Notes under the pieces: generated by a model
What the model saw: only the letters and a program-made list of their open reading frames with translations
Databases searched by the model: none
What the model was told of the DNA's origin: nothing
Assembly: GCA_973851085.1 (NCBI GenBank)
Contig: OZ316775.1
Location: 17,298,001 to 17,362,000, forward strand
Source: Ptychomitrium polyphyllum
Lineage: Eukaryota
DNA length: 64,000 nucleotides
Direction: 5' to 3'
Part shown: in pieces, positions 50,113 to 61,986 of the stretch
Numbering within the stretch: the stretch's first letter is position 1
How the letters are laid out: each line of letters begins with the position of its first letter
Translations under genes and position numbers: made by a program

Positions 50113-51738
50113 ATTGATTAATACATTTAAATTAGTATTTCAAGCAAAGTTTTGAAATGATGTTATAAATGTTGCATTTTTACAAATCTTGACTTCATAA
50201 TCTACAATTCTATGATATTTGGAATACGCATTTAGGAAGTTTAGTATGGACATCAAATTTAAAAAGAAATTTGTAATTGGGATGTTTCTTTTTCAAAGAA
50301 TTCTTCATGACTGTAATGAAATGATCATTACAGTAAGAACAATTAATTTATGGTGTATAAAATTTTGTATCATGGAATTAGAATTTTATTTGATAATATT
50401 GATAATTGTTATAGAATCTTTTGATGTTTCAACAAAAACCTTTATTGGCATTTAATATTGATGAGATTATTATAGAATTTTGTTAATTGGTAGAAGATTT
50501 TCTAATTAAGCTTTATAACATTAAGAATTATTTCAAATGCAAAATGATTTATAAACTTTTATGTTTTACATTTCTATTGTTTTGTAAAAAATTCACTCTA
50601 TCATTTCAACATTTACTTATACAAACGAATAATAAGGTAAGAAGTATGACAATAGCTATTGAAATGATTGGATATTGAACATTGTCTTGAATGGATTTGA
50701 AAAGGCAAACAAAAGAAATAGCATTTATTCACAAAAAAAATTTAAATGGCATATATGCTATCTGTATTATTCAATTTTCCAAAGGATCTATTAAAAAATT
50801 TAAAGGTGCATGCATTTACTTTCTATATATACATAACTCTAACATGCTACTTAAAATAAAATTCTTTACCTTAAATGTGTATAATAGAACTTTTACAATA
50901 TGAATACTACCCACAAAGTACTAAAATGAAGCAAAGCATGATTCTTTGTACATCCTTGTCATTAATAGCCAGTAGTAATCATCTAAATTCAACTTCAAAC
51001 ATGATCACCTTCAGCGTTCCGTTCAGAGAAAAAGATATTCACCTTAGAGAGCAAGACATATAAAATGTGTAACTTATGGCATAAGCACTGCCAACACACC
51101 TTCCCCACATAGCATAGCAAGTCTTCGCTAGGCTCCTTCCTAAAACATCCTGGAGAACTGAGGGTAAAAAGTTTCCTACGTTGCGGCGTCGTCCTTGCTT
51201 GGACGTACGAACCTCCCAAACAAATACAGAATCAGACTTCTACGTTAGGTGACACTCAAACAAACTACTGTAGTCTCAGAATAGCATCACAGCTCCACTG
51301 TAGCTGGCACAAAAGTAGTTAATGTCTGCTGGTTCACCACTAATATCCGACAACTAATTAGTCATTACTCATTTGCGAAAAAATTAAGCAGCAAAGTGCA
51401 AATGATTTGGGCCCACGTGTCGCGGAGGTTAAGAAAGATAACCATCTTGAATCCTATTTACTACAATGGATTAGACCACTATTCATTAGTCCTGTATTGG
51501 CAAAACACTTGGCATTGAATAAGCCCAGTCAGTCAGTCCATTTTACCCCACCAAATTCACCAAAATTTTAAGTCCAATACCTCCGCATTTGTGATTCATG
51601 AAATAGGAGGCCCATATTGACAAGAATGAGATGATGCTCTACCAGACTATATAGAGACTATACTTTTAGAAAATTCCAAATTACATGACCTTATGATATA
51701 TCTCTACGATAATTTTATTGTTTACCGTAGTGTCATAA

Positions 51739-53688
51739 CTAACTCCAGAACGATCGGCGGAACCAGAGCAGTAATATTACCACCCCAAGTACAATACCAA
51801 CAGGTGCCCATTTCCTTATCAAAGCCTGCAAACAGTGCATCACTCTACTCAGGAATCAACAATATGGTTATGAGAAGCATGTACACCGTAAGATTCTCTT
51901 ACCGGCAGAAATCAGATTTACCTCAACTACTGTAACACAAATGTACAGTGCTCAGCAGGGGCTGTCATCATATATTTAAGGTTTTGTGATTGCCGTTCTT
52001 AATACAAAAAGGCACTGCAAAACAAAGGAGACTGAAAAATACTGAATTCGATGAAATTTGGTGAAAATAGAGAAGGCAATACAAGGTCAGGGTCATCATG
52101 TAATTTGGAAGAAAGCATGACTACCTAAAACCACGTCTACATACAGAAGTGTGCATACCTGTCGATTCAGATCTTTTGCTTTGTCTGCATAAAATTTTGA
52201 TTCCGTAGACAATCTGCTTGACATCTGGCTAACCTCTGCAGAATACACAAGTATTTCACAATCACGTAAAACTTACAGTTCTGGTTTTGAGACCTTCGCC
52301 TAAGATCAACTAGTGTGTATATCAGTTGCAAGTAATTGCTTGACTATATAATGCACTCACTGCTCGTTAGCACTGGCTTAATCAGAAGATTGAGACAAAA
52401 GGAATGCCCAGCACAAATGAAACAAAAGTAACGGCAGGGATTAAAGCTGGGAAACACTAACTACAGACATAAAGACGAGCTAGAAAGTAGTAATGCAGTC
52501 CAAAACTTGTAGAAATTTGGTCCAAAACTATATTTAGGGCATGAGTACATACGGTCAAGCCGATCTCCAACGCCCAAAACCTCTTGAATGTTGCGAGTCA
52601 TAATTTGAGTAACTTCGAACAGATCGTCATTGAGCTTGGAGAGATTCCTTTGCGTACGAGTATCCTGATAAAGCTTCCTGGTCTTTTGAATAAACGTATC
52701 TGCAAATTGTGATCACATTGAACACCGACAACTATATCCTCACTCAAAGACTGTGAAAGGTGATCAAAATGAGCAATCGTGAGCTGAGGCTGGCAGAAGC
52801 AAACCACAAATGGAAATAGCAATCTTAAAATAAGGAAATTCAATCCACAGCACAAAAACCCGAGGGCAACAGTGACCTTTTACAATTAACTCCTTTTAAC
52901 GTACACGTTGCTAAAGCTAAGCTGCAGTGGTATTTGGGAACATACCGAACTTGATAAATGCATAGGGCCTTGCAACAGTCTCGATTTGCGACCGATTGAC
53001 TTTCTCAAATTCCTTTTGCAGCTCCTCGAGATACTGGTACGCGAGTTTCTTAGGATATGATCGCTCACAAAGAGTAAGATAGCACACACCTCCTTCTATG
53101 ATATAGCTGAGAAATTTCAGTTAAGGTGAAACCTTGACTAACAAAAAGTCATTTAAAAAATTATTATGTGGCAAGTAGAAAAGTCAAACAAATACCAATT
53201 ATATGCCACCAGATGTTAAGCTGGTGAACGACAATTCCATTGTGCAGTAATAAAAGCGTGTTCGCAGAATAACCCTACTTAGAGCAACGGTAGGATAGGC
53301 TAAATGAAAACCTCCTTGAGCATACGAACATGTACTCAAAATCGGAAGTTAAAAGGCCATCACAACGTAGAGCCCTAACCCGATCCAATCTGTACTAGCC
53401 CATCTCATTCTTAGATTCACATATTCCCAGCTAAAAGACCCTGTTCAGAACCTCTGATCATGATAAACCCACAACCACAAACGTGCCAGGAAAAGGATAC
53501 TGGAAAAAGTAAGGACCAGTCTCAACAGACATCCGAGACGCCTCATGTTGGCGCCGAGAAAGTTCTTTGCACAACTGCTTCGCCTGCTGCTTGTAAAATT
53601 CGATGTCCTTCTGATCACGGCCATCGTCCAACCCCTCCGCAAGTGGTAAACCGTCCGTGACCCGTGCTATAAGGGTGAGCTTCACCAT
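51739..53688 (-). CDS. SEC22: SEC22 longin R-SNARE; exons approx 53688-53501, 53106-52946, 52699-52552, 52235-52159, 51825-51739
   Basis: MVKLTLIARVTDGLPLAEGLDD, YLTLCERSYPKKLAYQYLEEL, ARPYAFIKFDTFIQKT, SNARE motif IMTRNIQEVLGVGDRLD, C-terminal TM helix. Confidence 0.97.
53107..53500 (-). other. U12-type (minor spliceosome) GT-AG intron in SEC22
   Basis: 5' splice site GTATCCTTT; branch site CACCTTAAC ending 13 nt before the 3' splice junction; splicing restores YFF-H-YIIEG. Confidence 0.9.
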
Positions 53689-55503
53689 GGTGATCCTCCA
53701 AGCTCTAATACCACCCCAACACACCCTTCTCAGTCACTAGGCCCTCGTACATGCAATTATTTCAAACCTTTGTCTGATAAAATGATTGTTGCAATCAGCT
53801 GGCAGCAGACAGGACAAATACATACAATTTTTAGCGAAGTGCCTATACTAAAACAAAGCTAGCAGGTACCTCCAGCATCCCACTCAGATACACGACCTAG
53901 TGCCCGGGAAAAACCACCCTCTGACTGCCCCGGATATTTGATCAATTGAGAATCAACCCCGACCGAAGGGAATATGCTAATATGATCTTGATGAGGTGTG
54001 GAACTTTTGCATCTGACATTCGTTGGGCTGCGGCCCTCTGCAGGAGCCAGTGTCCTTTTAAGGGACTTGTGCAGTAAACCCTTCCGAGGGCAGTCACTGA
54101 TGCATCAGAGGTTCCCAGTAGTGAAGGACATGCCCCACCAACCATCGAAATGCCCATTATCATCCGCATCACCGACACCAATCCTAAGCAAGAAAAACGC
54201 AGTAAAATTGCATGTGCTCAGTAAACCCGAGCTATGCACGAATTAACATTCCCTCTCAACCCCAGCGCAATCCGATAGTCAGTGGCTACCGTACTGCACG
54301 AACAAGAACCCGGATGTGAAGGAACGGTGGACGAGAAGAGGGACAAGTACTCAAAACGCATAGATCCACGCCCGTCCTCGCAAACGCCAACAATAAGCAT
54401 AGCATTCTTCAGGCAATCGGCCGTAACCTACCACCATCGGCCAATCAATCATCGAAAAACCTAAACATCTGAAGTCCAAACATCGAATGGCCTCCACCAT
54501 CATGACCTCACCCAGTGGCCTCTCAGCACCTGCCCCGCCCAGTCTATCCCCCGCCCGCTCCCTCCACCCCTCCACAACCATGCCCCATGCGAGGATAGCC
54601 ATCTCCACACATCTAACTGCATTCAATGACAACTTTCGATCGCGGATCCAAACCAAAACAATCCCAGTCCTCGTCAGGCACATAAACTGATCCCAAACCT
54701 TTCCCTGCGCAGTCGAACTCCAACAAAAGCTGGAACGCAGAACTAGTTTTCGTAAGCGATCCAACTTCAAAGAAAGCTTCATCATCACATCCAGACCAAA
54801 ACCCTGGAATCTGTACCACTTCGCTTTAGACTTAAACAGAACCAACAGGCATAATCGCAACGCATAATCCAAATTTCTGATGGCTCATCTTCCAAGGACC
54901 AACACTCTCACGGTCGCAGCACAGAAAACCACACAATGCCCGGCACCAGGACAGCAGGCAGCATCGAAACGAAACCCCAGGCGTAACGCTATTAGGTCAT
55001 GGCCGCGATTAGGTTCCAGCGAGCACACCGGCAGCATTGTGAGGAGGAATTAAGAGGAGGCGACGCACAGGCACGAGCGTAGACACTTACAAGCGTCTGC
55101 AAAAGTGCAGGGATGTAGGACAAGGGCCACGGCTGGCAGCAGCGTCTTGTGATGGGCGCGATTCGTCCTTTGTACTTGAAGTTGAAAATAACAACGAAGA
55201 AACTCGAACCCGAAGGAGATGCCACGGTACTCACTGTAAGGGAAGCATAGAGACGGAGGACGAGAAAGAAGAAGCAAGATGAACGCGGGGAGTGAAGGTT
55301 TGGCCGAAGCTTGGCTATGGCGTGACCACATAACAACGCTGTTGTTGTTAGCTGCTCGGCTGCGGTGTTGGTGTTGGTGTTGTGGAATGAGCTCGAGTCT
55401 TGACCAGCACATGCCCATGGTGGATGAGCCCACCCTGAATGAAGGACCACTTTCATCTCTGAATGTTCGTTCGTTTCCGTTGGACCGACTCCAAACTGGC
55501 TTT

Positions 55504-55518
55504 CCACGTGGCACGTGG
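55504..55518. promoter_or_regulatory. Tandem G-box/ABRE pair CCACGTGGCACGTGG upstream of the SEC22 leader
   Basis: Two adjacent CACGTG cores; function inferred only. Confidence 0.45.
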
Positions 55519-58500
55519 GATTCTGCAAACGAGAGAAATTTCTGCAATGAATTGATGTCTAATAATTGCAGTATAATAGATCATGTATTGCATACTTTTT
55601 TACTTTAGTACAGCCATGCTTTGATAAAAGTAAATTTTTAATATTCTCACCATACATTCCATGGATATATGCCCCTGCGTTTATTTTTGGCTTTTAATAA
55701 TCTCTTCAATTTTCTTTTTGGATAATATTGTATTTGGATATTGCTTTAATCCATTGTTATAAGATCAAAATAAAATTCTAAACTAAGAATATATTCTAAA
55801 TCATTTCTTTTCCAATTTATTTTAGCAAAAATAATTAAAAAATTTGAAAAACTTTCTTAAATAAGTGAATTTCTATATTGGTTTTCTTGTAATAATTTTT
55901 TAATCTGAACTTTCTACCCACTATTCACACTTTAATATTATTAAAGGGCAACAAATCACTACTAAAACTTCTTTGGAGTTCCTTTTGCATTGATTCGATT
56001 ATCCATGTTATTCCAAAGATTCCTTCTAAAAAAATCCATTAAACAAGTTATAAATGCTAATGTTTTATACATGTTGAAAAGAAAGCAAGTACAAATAAAA
56101 GAGAACCAAAATTATTTATTGTCCGTATTACTGAATTCATTTGGTAGGCCTTCTATAGATATAGACTTAATTGTTTAAGATATATTATTTAAGATACAAT
56201 CCTAAAAAGATTCTTCGTTTAACTTGGTTTTTTGCCAAAATTGTTCATTTTTTAAAGCCTCTTATTTTAAATCCAATAAAAAATATTTCATTCTTATAAA
56301 AGTGGCTTCAAACAAATTTAATATAACATTGAAGAAAAATCTATCAATGGAATTGAATTATAAACACCAATTTAAGAATTTGTATGCTCAATCATCAATA
56401 TATTTTAATATTTATAATAGATTTCTATTGAAGATAAGATTATATCATTTAATGGACAATCTATGAAAAGAATTCTTTTTGTCGATATCTTGTAATTTGT
56501 TATTTAATAGCTTTAAAAAATTTCTTATTTTTATAAATAATTGTGATTTAATAAAAAAAATCTTTTCTTTGCTTGCTTAAAATGTTTTTAAAGCCCTCCA
56601 AAATCCAACTCCTACAATTCCAATAGAATACTCATAGTCCATAACCTAAGTACATCAATGTTCATTAATTGCAACAGTTAATTAAAAAATTGAATTCATT
56701 GGCATTGTACTACTTAATACGAATCAATATATTAGATTTTACATTGTGCTGATACGTGGAAGTATAAAACATATAAAAAATTTTGAAGGATAAATTATTT
56801 CACATGGAAAGTAATACTGCATATAATTGGCAACACTACAAGCCTTTTGATAATTGGTAGTGAAGGTAGAAGTTTGGATAATTTTCAACATTTGAATGCT
56901 AAGGATTTAGCAAAATGTTCCATACATAATGGAACAGTTTGAAATCCATTTGAATTGTAGCTTCCAAGAAGAAAGTAGAATATAATAGACCGACAAATTC
57001 AAAAGTGGTAGTAAGCCTATTACACACCTCCATATAATTCAAAACCTAGATTGTTAGTAAAAAAAGGACAATCAATGGACCTTTTTATGACATTAATACA
57101 AAACGTATTCATTTTGGCCAGACTTGTTCTTTAAAACTTTTAGTTTCAACAATCTCAACTTATTTAGAACTTGAACTCCGTGTAGACCATGATCAATTTT
57201 TTTGTGTATTTTAGATACCATTGTTTTAAAAAAATTGAGTATTGGGCAACAAAGAGGATGCCAGCACAAACAAGGATATTTGCAGATGAAAGCAAGATTT
57301 TGTACAAAACTAAAGGAATAAAATAAGAATAGAAAATAAATCAAAACAAAATATATTCTATTGATAGAATTAGAATTAAATATGGTAAATAGTCTAGAAT
57401 CCAAAAAAATTGACCACTTTCAATGTAACCACTTTCAATGCAACCACTTTCAAAAAATTGAAATTTCACTACCTTTTATAGCTTCTACATTTAATAATTA
57501 TTTTGCATGAGTAACATAAAAATGAAGGGCACGAGAAAGGGTTGAAGAAAGAATTGTTTTGAAGATTGTTGTTATTTCTTTAGCATAGCAAGGAAGCATA
57601 AAGGTGGATGGAGGGCTAAAATCCACATATTTAGGAAGAAAAGGAACATGCAAGGGAGGTAAAACTTTGCGCAAGATAGAAAAATAAATAATGGTTAAAA
57701 ATAAAGTAGCCAAAAATGCACAAAGATGAAATAAATGAAGGAGTAAAGCCAAATTTATGAATAATCAATTTAATTGTGTTTTGGCTTCTTTGGAAGGTAT
57801 TGATGGAAAGAAAAAGTAATCAAAGTCTTCTTCTTCTTTGCAGCTGTAGGTGGAGGTTGTAGTGCATCCAAAGGCTTGAGGAAAGCTTCAATGATAGCAA
57901 AGACATCTCCAAAAGCAAGAATGTATGGGCTGATGGCTTGGCAAGTGTAGATACGAGCTCTCATAGATATATAATAAAATAAGAAAATAAATCAATAATT
58001 AAAGACATGAGAACAATAAATAAACATGAAGAAGGTAAAGAAAAGAAAAAATGTTAAAAAATGCACCTATAGAAGCCTTCCAATCAAAGATTATGTTACC
58101 AAATTTGAAAAAGCATTCAATGAGCATTTGTATAAACATTGGATCATTTTTACAAGCACCTCATCATGAAATAGGATCAAAAACTACTTGGCTAAACAAA
58201 GTGTACAAATTAAATAAGGTGTCATTTCTATTTAAGCTTTGAACTTCATCAATGAAGTGATAATGATTTTGCAAGGAAAATCATATTTGAGTTGGTTTAT
58301 TGCAAATAAAGAGTGGAATTCAAAAATATAGAGAGTGTTAATAAAAAATACAAGTTAAAAGTTTAAAATGTCATCAATGAAACTAAGAAAAAAAATATAA
58401 AGAAGAAATAAGTCAATGACATACTTTTGCCTAAAGGTTCTTTGCGGATGCCAAGAACAATTCATTAATTTCACACCAATCTTGAAATTGATGAAATGAA

Positions 58501-60144
58501 TATTTATGAGTCGCTTTTTCTACCACGCGAAAGATCAATTAGTCATTGGCATAGAGAAGAAGCACTGCAATGTCATTATAGAAGTAAGCAAATTCAAAAA
58601 CGAATTTGACATACCTTGTAAGTTATGAATTTCCAACTTGGAATTCCAGATGAAAGTTACAAGATTCTGGAACTAGTAGATTTTTGAAAATGTTAGCAAG
58701 AAAGAAGTTAGTGCCAGAATTCCTACATTTCTCAAAGAACACACAACAACGTTGTTGTAATGTTTTTAATCATATACTATAAAATTTAATTAATATTTAT
58801 TATTTTATGGATTTTGATTTTGAAAAGAATATTAAAAAAAAGAATAGGTGAGTAGAAAAGATTGTAGTGAAACCACAGTTTTATTTATCTTTGATGAAAA
58901 ACCATATTTTATCTTTGCTTTGGACAAATAGGCCAATTGACTATAGTATTTTCTTGCTTGCCATTTTTATTAGTAGTTTCAAGCCAAGTGCCGCTGTTTT
59001 AGTTAATAAATTTAATAAAAATAAAACTTAGACCAAATCAACAATTAAAATCTATCTAGTCAACCAAACTCATGATTTAAAATTTAATCCTGCTTCAACT
59101 ATAACATTATTATTAATTTGTTATTTATTTTTATTTTTATTTTTTGTTGAATTCCAATTTATTTATTTATTTTATTTTAGTTTTTTTTTTTCTTATTTTG
59201 GATTTATAAATGTTAATTTTGTCTTCTTTTGTCGTTTAAACAAATAAATTCAATAAAAAAAATGAAGTAATAGAAAAGGAAAAAAATAAAATTTAATTTT
59301 TTTTTTTTGTAAAAATGCAAAGAAGTAGGATTTGATAAGAAGAGATAAGGGCTTGATGTGGAGAAATAAAGGCCTAATATAAAAAAATAAAAGGGCAAAT
59401 GTGATCATTTGATTGCCGCTCTTTTCTTCTTTCTTGACATTTCCCATTTGTATAAGAAGGCAACCATTATTTTAGCTATAATTCATTACATACTTCTTAA
59501 TTTGAATTAATAGTTGTTGAATTTTTATTTCTTTTGTATGAGCTCTTCAAAAAGCCATCACATGCTTCATTTGAAGTTAGTATGTAATTGCGATATTAGT
59601 TTAAATAAAGTTGTATCAATTGCCTTGAATTATTAAGAGCTTATATTTTTGTGCATAAACAAGTTTTAATAATGAAATTTTGAAAGTGGTATTTTTACTA
59701 TTTCAAAATAATGGTGTAAAATTTTAAGACAAAAAAGCTTCTATAATGTGAGATATAAAAGAAAGTATAACTAAGATTTTGAAAAGAAAAACACAATAGA
59801 GTTTGGATAATATTTTTTGGTTGATAAAAAGATTTAGAAGAAGAATATGACTGTGAGATTTGACAGTTTTGTAATTAATAAGAATTGTAAGGCACATATT
59901 TGATTTTAAGTCTTGATTTGAAATTGTAAGGGAGATATAGAAAGTAGAAGTAATAGGGGTCTAAAATACATAGCTGTAGAGAGAAAGTTTTGTTATATTA
60001 CCATATTAATTTGTTGAATGACTAGTAGCAGCTTAAAGGCCCAGTATTTTTTCAAGAAAATGTTTCTTTTTAACACAACATAATGGTGCTTCCATTGAGA
60101 GCATTTTAGGGCAATACATTCCAATTAGATAAGATGGAAGGCTT

Positions 60145-61020
60145 TGTCAAGGACATAGATCATGCAACAAAGTCCTTAGAACCTTTTAAAACCTTCTAGT
60201 ACATTTTAATAATTTTTTAGAATACTTTGAGATGTTTCCATAGCCATTTCTATATTTTTTAGAAATTCCCTAAGAAAGTTCTATCACCTCAAGAAACTTC
60301 CTAAGAAAGATCCATAATTATATAGCTCTTATAGAAGTATCATAGGAGATACAAGCGTCATATTATAAATAAAAGGCTAAATAAGGTATTCCTTAGTCTA
60401 GCCAACAGAAGCTGTGGATCATCTTATATCTTGCTTTGTTTTAGTCTTTGTATCAAGTTCTTGTTAATCATTAGCTCTTTGGAAGCTAATTCTTGGGAAA
60501 CACTTCATTTATGCTTCTTGTTTCTTGTGTCCCTAACAATTTGACAAGACAACTTTTCATCTTTGTCAAAATTATAGTGCTTTGAAGAAGATTGTAGATT
60601 ACCCATTTTCTTAAGGTTTGCATAGTGTCTAGGAGGTTGCAATTTACCCTCTTCTAAGCTGACACCATGAACTTGGTATTTCTTTCTAAAACCAAGTACT
60701 ACTTCTTTTGAAGAATGATCAATCTTTTAAAAGACGTGGATTACCCTCCTTTGAAGGTATTCATAGTCTTCTTGTCTTTGACACTCTGAAATAATGGATA
60801 ACGTGCCTCGAACATCAAAGAATAAATTTGCAACTATTATAGACCTTCAAGAGTTAATAAATAGGATTCAAACAAAACTTGCTTGCTTCAATACCACCAA
60901 TAATTTATAGCAGTACACGCGGTAAGCTAAAGAATCCAATAGTGATATTTAAAGTCTATATCAAGAGGTTGTTTGATTGTGAGAAGCCAATATTAAAAGA
61001 GAAGGCTTATGTCAAAACCA
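60145..61020 (+). mobile_element. Family-A chromovirus remnant: LTR (60145-60538), leader and start of gag
   Basis: Colinear with 1883-2790; tgtcaaggacatagat...tgtccctaaca termini. Confidence 0.9.
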
Positions 61021-61986
61021 TGCAGAACTTTAGTAGCTCACTAGAAGTGCTCAACTTATCTTATGGAACTACATAATTATCAGTTGATAATTTCTTATAA
61101 GTGTTTCATTTTCCATTGCTTGGTGAGTCACTTGCTTACAAGTCTTAGTAAGACCTCCAACTGTCATGCAATTCTAATACAAATCCTCTTGTATAATCGA
61201 CCACCTTCAAATTCTCTAGTTGCAACAGTAGTTAAGCTTCCAAGGATTCAATTAAGACACCAATTGTACATTAACTCCAATACAAACTCTGTGACTACTC
61301 TTCTGCAATGATTAAATGACACCAAGGCCTAGCTGATTTCCTTTAGGCCGTTGTTCTTGAGTTGTGCTGAAGTGGATCACCGCAAAACCATAACTTTGTT
61401 TGCTGCCAGTCCCTTTGCCATCTTTTTTTTTTTGTTTCACTCTAGCTCCACAGATCGTGGTGGGCCCTTTGCGTGGCCAATCTTTGCAATTAAACCTGGT
61501 CGCTTGTACTTTTGGCTCTGCCAGTTCCACACTTGGAAAAGCCTTACGTTCCAACATAGCTCTTGCCTCTGGTTTAGCGTGGATTCTATGCAGGGCTGCC
61601 ATTTCTTCCGTCGTTTTGTGCTCTCTAATTCACTCTAGCTTTGCAAAATGCAATGGATTATATGATCAGTCTCTGCTCCGTTAGTTCCACCTTCAAAGAT
61701 TGCAACCCTGTAGGTCTTGTATTTCCATTGATTTGGTACCGTTTTGGATAGAAGGGAGAAAATAAAACAACTACAAAGTTTTAACTAAATTAGAGATGTC
61801 TTCCTCTTCTACACCCTTACAAATACTTACTAACTCTTATTCCACCTATTCCTTCCTACAATTCTTGCATCAATCTTAATTCTTGCTTACTTCTTGCCCA
61901 CTTCTATCAAATTTACTTGTTATTTTCTCATTCCTCAAAAACTCTTCCTCCAAGACTTTCTTCTGAGAGACTTCTTTTTTCTTTTA
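61021..61986 (-). mobile_element. Decayed fragment of a different retrotransposon (LTR-like region plus gag-like remnant)
   Basis: Purine-rich LTR-like stretch 61760-61986; ORF 61312-61602; LKVVDYTRGF gag-like motif near 61190. Confidence 0.5.

Noticed and set aside
53940..55610. 60-180 aa ORFs upstream of SEC22
   Set aside because: No recognisable domains; the sequence has 5'UTR/intron/promoter character
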